In this document: positions 17,775 to 27,003 of the stretch, in pieces | Layout of the letters: each line of letters begins with the position of its first letter | Position numbering within the stretch: the stretch's first letter is position 1 | Assembly (NCBI GenBank): GCA_029260935.1 | Contig: JAJDCJ010000008.1 | Location: forward strand, 3,905 to 67,904 | DNA length: 64,000 nt | Reading direction: 5' to 3' | Source: Patescibacteria group bacterium | GTDB taxonomy: Bacteria > Patescibacteriota > Minisyncoccia > Phycocordibacterales > Phycocordibacteraceae | Translations under genes and position numbers: made by a program | The notes under the pieces: generated by a model | The model's database searches: none | What the model was told of the DNA's origin: nothing | What the model saw: only the letters and a program-made list of their open reading frames with translations

Positions 17775-19460
17775 ATGAGTTTAGCCGAAGACTTAAAAAA
17801 AGTAGTAAAAGGAGACGTGGTAAATGACGACGCAACACTTGAAACGTATAGCCGTGACGCCAGTTTACTTTTCATGCGACCTGAGATAGTGGTGCGTCCC
17901 ACGGGTGTTGAGGATCTTCAAGCCCTCGTTCGTTTTGTTGCAAAAGAAAAGAAGAAGGGGAGCGATATTTCACTCACGCCGCGCTCGGCGGGAACTGACA
18001 TGGGCGGTGGCCCACTCACCACATCAATTGTGGTTGATATGCTGCCACATTTCAACAGTATTATTGACGTGTCTGAAAAAGAGGATAGGGAACATAACAG
18101 GGCAGGATACGCCGTGGTTGAACCAGGTGTGTTTTATAGAGACTTTGACGCAGAAACGCAAAAAAAAGGTCTTGAACTTCCTTCCTACACCGCCTCACGT
18201 GACCTCAATACTGTGGGTGGTATGGCAAGCAACGACTCGGGGGGTGAGAAAAGTTTGAAATACGGAAAGACATCACAGTACGTTGAAGAGCTTGAAATGG
18301 TGCTCTCGGACGGGGAAGTACACACATTCAAAGCACTCTCAGGGAGCGAACTACAAATAAAACTACAAGAAGATTCTTTTGAAGGGGAAATCTACCGCGC
18401 TATTTCTACTATTGTTGCCGAAAACCGTGACACTATAGAGCATGCAAAACCGCATGTGCAGAAAAACTCATCTGGCTATGCACTGTGGGATATTGGCGAC
18501 GGCGTGTCGGCACTTAATATAGCGCGCCTTGTAGTGGGCTCGCAAGGTACGTTCGGCATCATCACAAAAATAAAATTTTCACTCGTGCGTCCAAAGAAAT
18601 TCTCTTCAATGGCAGTTGTGTTTGTAAACTCTATTGAGGAGTTAGGCGCCCTCATTCCCCGTATACTTTCCCATAAACCTGACAGTTTTGAATCCTATGA
18701 CGACAACACCTTTAAACTGGCGGCACGGTATTTTCCAGAGTTTGCTTTACAAATGAAAACAAATTTGCTCGGTCTTGGACTCGCTTTCCTCCCTGAAGTA
18801 TGGCGGCTCGTAACTTCAGGTGTGCCAAAAATTGTCCTCCTTGTTGAGTTTCAGGAAAATAAACAAGAGGAGTCTTTCAAGAAAGCTCGTGCACTTATTG
18901 AAGATCTTAAACAAAATGAAAGTTCACGTGACATAGGGCTTTTCTTGGCAAAAAATGAAAAAGAAGGAAGGAAATACTGGACTATACGACATGAGAGTTT
19001 TAATTTACTGAGGAAAAAAGTAAGAGGTAAAAGAACAGCACCATTTATTGAAGACTTTGTTGTGGTGCCCGCCGTACTCCCTGAGTTTCTGCCAAAATTA
19101 AATGCAATTCTAAATGAGTATGACCTGACCTATACTATCGCCGGCCATGTGGGCGACGGGAATTTCCATATTATTCCGCTTATTGACCCCATGCGCCCTG
19201 ACGGCGTACAGTTGGTCCGGGAGCTTTCAGAGCGTGTCTATGATCTTATTCTAAAATATGATGGCTCTATTACAGGAGAGCATAATGATGGTTTTATCCG
19301 CACTCCATACATTGAGCGCATGTTTGGAAAAGACATGACCGCACTGTTTGAACAGGCAGAAGCGTCCTTTGATCCGTTGGATATTTTTAACCCAAACAAA
19401 AAAGTTATTCGCGGTGATATTGATCCTCTTGATTATTTAGATCTCAATCCACAAAAATAA
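17775..19460 (+). CDS. FAD-linked oxidase (GlcD/D-lactate dehydrogenase-like)
   Basis: PRSAGTDMGG, GSQGTFGII, GHVGDGNFH, GSITGEHNDG, DPLDIFNPNK. Confidence 0.88.
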   Translation: MSLAEDLKKVVKGDVVNDDATLETYSRDASLLFMRPEIVVRPTGVEDLQALVRFVAKEKKKGSDISLTPRSAGTDMGGGPLTTSIVVDMLPHFNSIIDVSEKEDREHNRAGYAVVEPGVFYRDFDAETQKKGLELPSYTASRDLNTVGGMASNDSGGEKSLKYGKTSQYVEELEMVLSDGEVHTFKALSGSELQIKLQEDSFEGEIYRAISTIVAENRDTIEHAKPHVQKNSSGYALWDIGDGVSALNIARLVVGSQGTFGIITKIKFSLVRPKKFSSMAVVFVNSIEELGALIPRILSHKPDSFESYDDNTFKLAARYFPEFALQMKTNLLGLGLAFLPEVWRLVTSGVPKIVLLVEFQENKQEESFKKARALIEDLKQNESSRDIGLFLAKNEKEGRKYWTIRHESFNLLRKKVRGKRTAPFIEDFVVVPAVLPEFLPKLNAILNEYDLTYTIAGHVGDGNFHIIPLIDPMRPDGVQLVRELSERVYDLILKYDGSITGEHNDGFIRTPYIERMFGKDMTALFEQAEASFDPLDIFNPNKKVIRGDIDPLDYLDLNPQK

Positions 19461-19523
19461 ATTTTATGAAAAAATCGCTGAACCGTTGATTTTCTAGCGA
19501 TCTTCTTATATACTCCTGTGACT

Positions 19524-20201
19524 ATGGAATTATCAGCACAAAAACGCAGTGTGACCGGCAAAGGTGTGCGTGCGCTCAGGCAGGAGGGTAAAATGCCTGC
19601 TGTTATATATGGTACAAAAGAGGAAACCCTCTCAATTCAGGTTGACTCTAAAGATTTTACCAAGGTGCTCAAAGAGGCAGGAGAGTCGTCAGTGATTACA
19701 CTTTCAATTGAGGGCACCAATAAAGATGTCCTTATTCACGACGTTGACCGTGACCCCGTGACCGACATTCCTCGCCATGCTGATTTTTATGCAGTCCAGA
19801 AAGGTCAGAAAGTTGAGGTGTCTGTTCCACTTGAGTTTGTGGGTGAGGCACCTGCAGTTAAAGAACTCGGCGCAAACCTTATAAAGGTGGTGCATGAAAT
19901 TGAGATAGAAGCAGAGGCGGTACACCTCCCTCATCAGCTTGAAGTTGACGTGTCCACGCTGGTCGCACTTGATAGTCACATTACCGCAAAAGAGATTACT
20001 CTCCCTGTTGGTGTTACATTAATTACCGACCCGGAAGAGACCATCGTAAACATTGCAATGCCTGAGGAAGAGAAAGAAGAAGAGGTACCAGAGGGGCCTG
20101 ATATGGAAGCGATTGGAATTTCCGAAGACCGAGGCAAAAAAGATGGTGACACTCCCCTTGAAGGGGAAGCAAAACCTGAGGGGGACACAGACAAAAACTA
20201 A
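19524..20201 (+). CDS. rplY: 50S ribosomal protein L25 (CTC-type)
   Basis: LRQEGKMPAVIYG, HADFY, VSVPLEFVGEAPAVK; acidic tail. Confidence 0.95.
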   Translation: MELSAQKRSVTGKGVRALRQEGKMPAVIYGTKEETLSIQVDSKDFTKVLKEAGESSVITLSIEGTNKDVLIHDVDRDPVTDIPRHADFYAVQKGQKVEVSVPLEFVGEAPAVKELGANLIKVVHEIEIEAEAVHLPHQLEVDVSTLVALDSHITAKEITLPVGVTLITDPEETIVNIAMPEEEKEEEVPEGPDMEAIGISEDRGKKDGDTPLEGEAKPEGDTDKN

Positions 20202-20216
20202 CAATACCCCCGCCAC

Positions 20217-20238
20217 TGTCCTAGGACTTCCTAGGACA
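20217..20238. repeat. Isolated palindrome, possibly another REP family
   Basis: tgtcctagga-ct-tcctaggaca. Confidence 0.55.
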
Positions 20239-20255
20239 CCTACACATTACAGTGT

Positions 20256-20285
20256 GAAAAAACCGCGCCATGAGGCGCGTTTTTC
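20256..20285 (+). terminator. Intrinsic terminator after rplY
   Basis: A run, cgcgcc-atga-ggcgcg, T run. Confidence 0.65.
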
Positions 20286-20361
20286 TGTTTATACACCTCT
20301 CATGTTTTATGCAAGGCGCCCGTTGATATAATGGAGCTGTTACCAAATAACCATATATACT

Positions 20362-20751
20362 ATGGACCTTACTATATTCTTAGCACAATTGTTCGGTATC
20401 TATTCAATTATCGGTGGTCTGGCAGTCATTGCACGCCGTCGCTACTTTATACCAGTGATTGGTGGATTTGCAGAAGAGCGTCTTACGCGTCTGTTTGTTG
20501 CAATTTTAGAACTCCTCGCGGGTCTTGCAATAGTTCTTTCTCATAACGTATGGAGCACCCTTCCTGAAAGTATTATTTCGCTTTTTGGATGGGGGCTCGC
20601 GCTTGAGGGAACCTTCTATCTACTTGCCTCAGATGAGCTGGTTGAGAGTCTGTTCAGGAAACTCAACACGCAACTCTGGTACACCGCAGGGGGGTTACTC
20701 TCCATCATCATTGGTCTTTATCTAACGGCGGTTGGTTTTAGTTTTATTTAA
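20362..20751 (+). CDS. Small 4-TM membrane protein (paralog of 53795..54181)
   Basis: MDLTIFLAQLFGIY...LSHNVW...FGW, similar to MDISLFLAQAFGIY...LVHNIW...FAW. Confidence 0.8.
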   Translation: MDLTIFLAQLFGIYSIIGGLAVIARRRYFIPVIGGFAEERLTRLFVAILELLAGLAIVLSHNVWSTLPESIISLFGWGLALEGTFYLLASDELVESLFRKLNTQLWYTAGGLLSIIIGLYLTAVGFSFI

Positions 20752-20788
20752 AACCTCTCGGCTGTTTCAATTGGTATACTACTAAGGC

Positions 20789-22162
20789 ATGAAGCTTTTT
20801 GTAGTAGCTATTCTTTCATTCATATTTTTCGCACCGAACGTTACCTTTGCGGTAGGTGAGGGTGATGTTGCTGCGCGAAGAGCACAGCTTGAGCGCGACT
20901 TAGCAACACTTGAAAGCGAAATCGCAAACCAGAGCGTTTTTCTTGATGAAAAACGAACGGAGCGTGTTTCCTTAGAACGTGATATTGCTATTTTAGACGC
21001 TCAAATTGAGCGCGCGCGCCTTTCAATTCGCGCGCGTGATTTAGGTATTCAAGGCCTCACTTCCGACATTGGTAATAAGTCAAAAACTATTACGTCGCTT
21101 GACGAAAAACTTGCTCGTGAAAAAAACTCTCTTGCTAACATTTTGCGAAAAACAAATGAAATAGATGGCCACACATTCGTTGAATTTATTCTTGCCTCAA
21201 AGGACATTTCTGACTTTTTTTCCGATATTGATGCGTTTACCGCAATTAAAGTATCCCTTCGTAAATCATTTATAGAAATAGATGACACCAAAGCTACGAC
21301 TGCAGACGAGCGAGGTGCACTTGAAGTGAGGCGTACGGACCAGCGAGAACTGCGCACGTTACAAGTTTTGGAAAAACAACAGATTGAAGTGCAGGAGAGA
21401 AAACGTGCAGAAATTTTACGAGTTACTAAGGGGCAAGAAGACGTCTACCAGGAAATTATCAATACTATAGAAAAAAGTGCCGCTGAAATTCGCTCGGAAC
21501 TCTTTACTCTGCGCGACAGTGCCGCCATACCTTTTGGTGAAGCGTTGGCGCTTGCCAACCAGGCTTCCCAAGAAACGGGCGTGCGCCCTGCGCTTATTTT
21601 AGGAGTCCTCAAGCAGGAGACACGTCTTGGTGAGTTTTTGGGTACGGGAACGTATATAAATGACATGCACCCAACACGTGACGTCCCGGTCTTTTTAAAG
21701 ATTACCAAAGTGCTCGGACTTGATCCACGCCAGATGCCTGTTTCAAGACAGCCCAGTTATGGATGGGGCGGCGCCATGGGTCCGGCACAATTTATTCCCT
21801 CAACGTGGGCGTGTTTTGGTGGTTTTGTAAATGCAAGTACGGGGAAATGTGGAAAGGGAACTGACGGCACCTATGCAGGTCCATGGGAGTATGAACCAAA
21901 AAAAGATAGGATTCGCCAGTTGCTCGGCAAGAGTACTCCGGGTAATCCATGGGAAAATCAGGATGCCTTCATGGCGAGCGCTCTTCTGCTTAAAGATAAC
22001 GGCGCTGGCCGTGGCACATTTGCCTCAGAACGTTTGGCGGCACTCCGCTATTTTGCCGGATGGGGCAATGCCAGCAAACCTGCGTTTGCCTTCTATGGTG
22101 ACGGTGTTATGGAACATGCCACATTCTTCCAGAAACAAATTAATATCCTCGGCGGATCGTAA
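20789..22162 (+). CDS. Exported coiled-coil protein with a C-terminal lytic murein transglycosylase (MltB/SLT_2-like)
   Basis: Signal peptide, ~230-aa heptad region, ILGVLKQET catalytic Glu, GAMGPAQFIPSTW. Confidence 0.85.
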   Translation: MKLFVVAILSFIFFAPNVTFAVGEGDVAARRAQLERDLATLESEIANQSVFLDEKRTERVSLERDIAILDAQIERARLSIRARDLGIQGLTSDIGNKSKTITSLDEKLAREKNSLANILRKTNEIDGHTFVEFILASKDISDFFSDIDAFTAIKVSLRKSFIEIDDTKATTADERGALEVRRTDQRELRTLQVLEKQQIEVQERKRAEILRVTKGQEDVYQEIINTIEKSAAEIRSELFTLRDSAAIPFGEALALANQASQETGVRPALILGVLKQETRLGEFLGTGTYINDMHPTRDVPVFLKITKVLGLDPRQMPVSRQPSYGWGGAMGPAQFIPSTWACFGGFVNASTGKCGKGTDGTYAGPWEYEPKKDRIRQLLGKSTPGNPWENQDAFMASALLLKDNGAGRGTFASERLAALRYFAGWGNASKPAFAFYGDGVMEHATFFQKQINILGGS

Positions 22163-22368
22163 TCGCTCACATGAACGAATCAGAACCGCGTATCCAGTCG
22201 TTGGCAAAAGAAAAGAAACGGCATTTCTGTAATGAATGTGATTCACACTGCAACTGGGTTATATGCAAGTGCCTCACACGTAATATTAATCGACACAAAA
22301 TACAAGATTTTTATAAATGCCCATGCCGCGGGTGCGAGAGGCACTAAGAGACACCCCACCTTCTGCCC

Positions 22369-22437
22369 CCCCCATTACGGAAGTCTGACTTCCGTAATGG
22401 GGGCAAGAACCAATATATGGACGTCCGACGTCCATAT
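22369..22437. repeat. Composite REP doublet: GGAAGTC-T-GACTTCC palindrome then GGACGTC-C-GACGTCC palindrome
   Basis: cccccattacggaagtc-t-gacttccgtaatggggg (22369-22403); atatggacgtc-c-gacgtccatat (22415-22437). Confidence 0.85.
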
Positions 22438-22601
22438 TAATCACTATTCGTCATTTGACACCTCACCAAAACATCCCATAGCGACTTCGTAAGTCACTAT
22501 ACACAAGAAAAGAGGAGATGGATGGTAGTAAATGATAGAGAAATGGTTTTAACTCAGCTCAAGATTGCATTTTTTGTTGATTTTGTTATAGTGCTCTTTA
22601 T

Positions 22602-22856
22602 ATGAAAAAAGGGATTCATCCGGACAATTACCGACAGGTGATTTTTGAAGACCAGGGCTCTGGTACGCGCTTTCTCATTGGCTCAACAGTGGTAACCGAA
22701 AAAACAGCGAAGTGGGATGACGGCACAGAGTATCCACTCTACGTGGTTGAAATTAGCTCAGCGTCACACCCTTTCTATACGGGTGTAAAGACCACTATTG
22801 ATAGGGCTGGTCGCGTTGAGAAATTTAAAAACCGCGCTTTAAAAGCAAAAAAATAA
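22602..22856 (+). CDS. rpmE2: 50S ribosomal protein L31 type B
   Basis: [15 protein letters not shown]...[12 protein letters not shown]...GRVEKF; no Cys. Confidence 0.95.
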   Translation: MKKGIHPDNYRQVIFEDQGSGTRFLIGSTVVTEKTAKWDDGTEYPLYVVEISSASHPFYTGVKTTIDRAGRVEKFKNRALKAKK

Positions 22857-22860
22857 AGCT

Positions 22861-23028
22861 ATGACACAAGAAAACGGAGACGAAAACACATCACTAAAAT
22901 CTCCTGAAGAACTACATCCAGCCCGTGTCCTTTTAATTGCAATTTTGGCAGTCAGCACACTCGGACTTGGTCTTGACACCATCGGCGAAGTGGATTTTGA
23001 GCCAGACCTCTTCGGTCTGTTGAAATAA
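22861..23028 (+). CDS. Putative 55-aa single-TM protein (not in the ORF track)
   Basis: MTQENGDENTSLKSPEELHPARVLLIAILAVSTLGLGLDTIGEVDFEPDLFGLLK*; starts 4 nt after the rpmE stop. Confidence 0.55.
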   Translation: MTQENGDENTSLKSPEELHPARVLLIAILAVSTLGLGLDTIGEVDFEPDLFGLLK

Positions 23029-23029
23029 T

Positions 23030-23191
23030 ATGTCTGACTGGCATTCTTTTAAAGAAGAAACTGACTGGGTAGATGATGTTCTAGACACCTTTATAGCTCG
23101 CATCCCTGCCTTTCTTGCAATCACCATTGCATATATCGGTGGTGGTTTCGCTCTTTTGTGTTTCACCCAAGAAGTTATCACTCAGAAATAA
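23030..23191 (+). CDS. Putative 53-aa single-TM protein (not in the ORF track)
   Basis: MSDWHSFKEETDWVDDVLDTFIARIPAFLAITIAYIGGGFALLCFTQEVITQK*; starts 1 nt after the previous stop. Confidence 0.55.
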   Translation: MSDWHSFKEETDWVDDVLDTFIARIPAFLAITIAYIGGGFALLCFTQEVITQK

Positions 23192-23232
23192 AAGAGTTAC
23201 AATAAAAAGCAGTGGTTACACTGCTTTTTCTA

Positions 23233-24189
23233 ATGGAGTATATGGAAGAAAAACAACTACAGGAATATAAAGACAATCCAAAGACGGCATTTTTTGCGAG
23301 CGAATACGTACGGGTGCAAAAAGAGCTTGTACGTATTGACGCAATGATTGACAACGACGAGTCTATGCGTGAATTGGCAGAGGAAGAAAGAGACGTGCTT
23401 CAAGTTCAGTTGGACGGGCTCACAGAAAATATGACCGCAATCGTCAAGGAAACAGCTGTTGAAGAGTCAGTCCCCATTGCCGTTATTATGGAAATACGCG
23501 CTGGTGCAGGAGGGGACGAGGCACACATCTTTGCCCATGACCTCCTGACCATGTATGAACGGTTTGCAGAAAAAAATAAATGGGAAGTAAAGCCCATTAA
23601 TGATCTTTCAGTTGAAATAAAAGGAAAGGATGTCTATCAGTCACTTGCATACGAAACTGGTGTTCACAGAGTACAGCGTATTCCAGAAACTGAAAAATCA
23701 GGACGCGTACACACGTCAACCGCCTCCGTTGCCATACTCCCTATTCGCAAGAAAGCAACCATTGAACTCAAGTCCGACGATATCCAAATGGAATTTTCCC
23801 GCTCAGGTGGTGCCGGTGGCCAAAACGTTAATAAGGTGGAAACTGCGGTGCGTGTGGTGCACCTTCCTACCGGTATTGAAGTGCGTAGTGAAGCGGCTCG
23901 AAGTCAGCAAGCAAACCGTGAAAAAGCTCTGCAAATTTTGGAGGCAAAAGTAGAAGCGTTTGTTGAAGAGGAGGCAGCTAAAAAACACGCAGAGGTAAGG
24001 CGGAATCAGATTGGCACAGGGGATAGGAGTGAGAAAATACGTACTTACAACTTCCTCCAGGACAGGGTCACTGATCATCGTATAAAAAAGAACTGGCACA
24101 ATATAGAGGGTATTATGGCAGGTGAAATAGACACCATGCTTAGTGATCTTCACAATGAGGCACAGGCGCTCAAGATGGACAATACTTAA
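23233..24189 (+). CDS. prfA: Peptide chain release factor 1
   Basis: [21 protein letters not shown] (PxT motif), [20 protein letters not shown]. Confidence 0.96.
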   Translation: MEYMEEKQLQEYKDNPKTAFFASEYVRVQKELVRIDAMIDNDESMRELAEEERDVLQVQLDGLTENMTAIVKETAVEESVPIAVIMEIRAGAGGDEAHIFAHDLLTMYERFAEKNKWEVKPINDLSVEIKGKDVYQSLAYETGVHRVQRIPETEKSGRVHTSTASVAILPIRKKATIELKSDDIQMEFSRSGGAGGQNVNKVETAVRVVHLPTGIEVRSEAARSQQANREKALQILEAKVEAFVEEEAAKKHAEVRRNQIGTGDRSEKIRTYNFLQDRVTDHRIKKNWHNIEGIMAGEIDTMLSDLHNEAQALKMDNT

Positions 24190-24285
24190 TGACCCTCTAA
24201 CCCTCAATCTAACCCTCAATCTTTATTATCAGGGTATTTATCTCTACTGAAGGTACCCAACCCTCAATCTCTACCTCAGTACTCT

Positions 24286-24330
24286 ATTTGTGCAACACTC
24301 GGTGTTGCACAAACCGAGTGTTGCACAAAT
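24286..24330. repeat. REP palindrome of a second family plus an inverted half copy, downstream of RAYT-2
   Basis: tttgtgcaacac-tcg-gtgttgcacaaa followed by ccgagtgttgcacaaat. Confidence 0.85.
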
Positions 24331-24353
24331 TTGTTGGCGTCAGTCTTAGAATT

Positions 24354-25007
24354 TTAGTCAATGACAAACGATTCCTTTGCAGGATTTGTTTGTACATATT
24401 CCTTATATGCTTTGGTGTCTTTAAATTGATCCAAGAGTATAGATGTGTCTATGAGCGGGTGAAGTCGAGTGTCTCCCAGGTAGTCGCGATAGCTGGACCA
24501 TGTAAAGGAGTGTTCTTTCCCTCGAACACCTGCAATTTCTCGAGGGTTTTTATGAATGTAGGCCGAGACATGTAGCAACTGCTCATTATTTTCTATATGC
24601 ACAGCTTTAAATGGCCCCTGAAAAAGATGGCCGACATGTTTGTATTTAGTGTTGAAGTACTTAGTATAAGCATTTAAAATACGTTGCATGTAACGCGAGA
24701 TGCCCCCATCTTCCCTCTCACCTACAAGCCAATGTATGTGATTAGGCATAAGTGCAAAGGTAAGTAGTGAAATATATCTTTTTTCTGTAATGACTTTGTA
24801 CGTGTCATCAATAACATTCCAATGTTTGTTAATTCTGAACGAAGTGGCGTGGCGAGAAATATTTTTAAAATCAATTGGAGAAACAAGATGTGTCATCAAA
24901 AATAGGAAGCGGAAGCGATCACTGTCGTCATAGAAAATATCCTGTTTGTTGTTGCCGCGAACCATCAGGTGGTAGTACTCTCCTGGTGCAAAATCAATAT
25001 TCCTCAT
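24354..25007 (-). mobile_element. REP-associated tyrosine transposase (RAYT, HUH Y1 family), copy 2
   Basis: GEYYHLMVRGNNKQDIF...FALMPNHIHWLV...GHLFQGPFKA...YIHKNP...TWSSYRDY; ATG 25007. Confidence 0.9.
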
Positions 25008-25025
25008 ATGTTTAATCCTACCATC

Positions 25026-25060
25026 GTAAAGTGTGCAACACTCGGTGTTGCACACTTTAC
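25026..25060. repeat. REP palindrome of the second family upstream of RAYT-2
   Basis: gtaaagtgtgcaacac-tcg-gtgttgcacactttac (16-bp arms). Confidence 0.9.
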
Positions 25061-25113
25061 CTATATACAGTTGAGGTTTTGATTATGAGGGACGTTGCTT
25101 AAAACGGCTTGCT

Positions 25114-25860
25114 ATGGTACATTTTTCGGACATGTTGGATCAAAAGACAGACGAGAAAAAAAACGGCTTTGTGTCAGCTTTGTTTGAAGTGGGGGCGCAT
25201 TTTGGTTACTCACGCGCACGTCGCCATGCTTCAATGAAAGACGTCATTTTCGGCTCAAAAGGAAAGACCGATATTATTGACCTCAACCAGACGTCTCTCA
25301 TGCTTGAGGAGGCGTTGACATTTGTACGCGCACTTGGCGCATCTAAAAAGAAAATTCTTTTTGTTGGCGGTAAGCCTGAGATCCGCGACCTCGTGCGAGA
25401 AAATGCAGAAACACTCAATATGCACTATGTTGCCGGTCGCTGGATCGGAGGCACTCTCACTAATTTTTCTGAAATTAAAAAGCGTGTTGATCGTCACGCT
25501 GAACTTACTGTAGACCGTGAAGCAGGAACGCTGGCTAAAAAATATACAAAAAAGGAACGAGTATTACTGAACCGCGAAATTGCAAAATTAGAAACATTTT
25601 TCGGTGGGCTCTCAGGTATTGAACGTCTCCCTGATGCGCTCGTTGTCATTGATACACGCGCTGAAAATATTGCAGTGAGTGAGGCAAACAACCTCGGTAT
25701 TCCTGTAATCGGTTTACTCAACTCAGACGGTGACCGCTCACAAATATCACACCCGATAGTTGCAAACGATGCTTCCAGAAAGAGTGTGCTATTTTTCCTT
25801 ACGTCAATTGTTGGTGCATACCGCGAAGGTGCCGAAGGAGCTGTTGAGGCAACTACGTAG
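25114..25860 (+). CDS. rpsB: 30S ribosomal protein S2 (start may be 25132)
   Basis: GAHFGY, IIDL, RWIGGTLTNF, PIVAND. Confidence 0.97.
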   Translation: MVHFSDMLDQKTDEKKNGFVSALFEVGAHFGYSRARRHASMKDVIFGSKGKTDIIDLNQTSLMLEEALTFVRALGASKKKILFVGGKPEIRDLVRENAETLNMHYVAGRWIGGTLTNFSEIKKRVDRHAELTVDREAGTLAKKYTKKERVLLNREIAKLETFFGGLSGIERLPDALVVIDTRAENIAVSEANNLGIPVIGLLNSDGDRSQISHPIVANDASRKSVLFFLTSIVGAYREGAEGAVEATT

Positions 25861-25874
25861 TGTAATAAAAAAAT

Positions 25875-26456
25875 ATGAGTTCAACTGATGATGTAAAACA
25901 ACTTCGTGATGCTACTGGTATTTCTGTAATGCAGTGTAAAAACGCCCTTGAAGAGGCAGGTGGTGATATTGATAAGGCGCTCCTTATCTTAAAAAAGAAG
26001 GGGAGTGCCATTGCCGAAAAGAAGTCAGGCAGGGACCTCAACGCAGGCACGGTGGCGTCTTACATTCACTCAACCAAAGAAATTGCTTCAATGGTTCTTC
26101 TGCAGTCAGAAACTGACTTTGTCTCAAAAAATGAAGAGTTCATGGGTCTTGCCTACGACATTGCTATGCATGTTGCTGCCACCAACCCTGAGTATATAAG
26201 ACGTGAAGATATTGACGAGGCAAAAATGAATGACATCAAGGGTCTTTTTGAAAAAGAAGTTGCAGATAAACCTGAAAACCTTAGAGACAAAATTCTTTCA
26301 GGTAAAGTTGATGCGTATCTAAAAAATATTGTCCTTCTTGAGCAGGATTTTATCAAAGATCCTGAAAAGAAAATTAAAGATCTTCTTGATGGAGCTGCGC
26401 AGAAGTTTGGTGAACGCGTTGAAGTTGGTCGTTTTACGCGCTTTTCGGTACGCTAG
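25875..26456 (+). CDS. tsf: Elongation factor Ts (short form)
   Basis: VKQLRDATGISVMQCKNAL, ETDFV, AMHVAA; follows rpsB. Confidence 0.96.
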   Translation: MSSTDDVKQLRDATGISVMQCKNALEEAGGDIDKALLILKKKGSAIAEKKSGRDLNAGTVASYIHSTKEIASMVLLQSETDFVSKNEEFMGLAYDIAMHVAATNPEYIRREDIDEAKMNDIKGLFEKEVADKPENLRDKILSGKVDAYLKNIVLLEQDFIKDPEKKIKDLLDGAAQKFGERVEVGRFTRFSVR

Positions 26457-26459
26457 ATT

Positions 26460-26882
26460 ATGGCACTGGGTTTTATACCGTTTGTGGTGGGACTCCTAGG
26501 GCTCGTAGCATACCTCGTGTTTCGTTATATTGAAATACAAAAAGAGATACGTCTGTTTGAAAAAGAACGTACTCGTTTAGACAGTTTTTCAAACCACCTC
26601 TATCGTCTTTTTGTTTTCGGAGACATACCGGTTTCATATCGCATAGCGCTCATTGAGCGAGGAAGGAAGTTTCTTCATGGAATTATTGTAGTGCTCGTGT
26701 CGCGTGTTCGCTCACTGGAACGTATACTTTCTCGCATCAATCACCGTATGCGTGTCACCCATAAAAAAGAGACAGAACTTCGCGACCCTTCGGTTTTTCT
26801 TAAAACAATATCCGAGAGTAAAGAGAAAGAAAAAGTGGAAGGTGAAAAAGGGGATGGCAAAAACACCCCAAGTTCGGTATAG
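26460..26882 (+). CDS. Hypothetical protein with an N-terminal TM helix
   Basis: 140-aa ORF abutting tsf; hydrophobic N-terminus. Confidence 0.7.
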   Translation: MALGFIPFVVGLLGLVAYLVFRYIEIQKEIRLFEKERTRLDSFSNHLYRLFVFGDIPVSYRIALIERGRKFLHGIIVVLVSRVRSLERILSRINHRMRVTHKKETELRDPSVFLKTISESKEKEKVEGEKGDGKNTPSSV

Positions 26883-26905
26883 TCCATAGTATTCGTCCTT
26901 TGAGA

Positions 26906-26978
26906 GCCGTCTTAGCTCAGTTGGTAGAGCAACGGTTTTGTAAACCGTAGGTCCCCGGTTCAAGCCCGGGAGACGGCT
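26906..26978 (+). tRNA. tRNA-Thr(TGT)
   Basis: GCCGTCT/AGACGGC acceptor stem; TAGCTCAGTTGGTAGAGC D arm; ACGGT-TTTGTAA-ACCGT anticodon arm; GGTTCAAG T loop; CCA not encoded. Confidence 0.96.
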
Positions 26979-27003
26979 CTCACAGGAGGAAAACACCCAC
27001 TCT

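Noticed and set aside
24190-24280. CRISPR or coding repeat at the AACCCTCAATCT units
   Set aside because: Units are 12 bp and irregularly spaced; treated as RAYT-flanking repeats.
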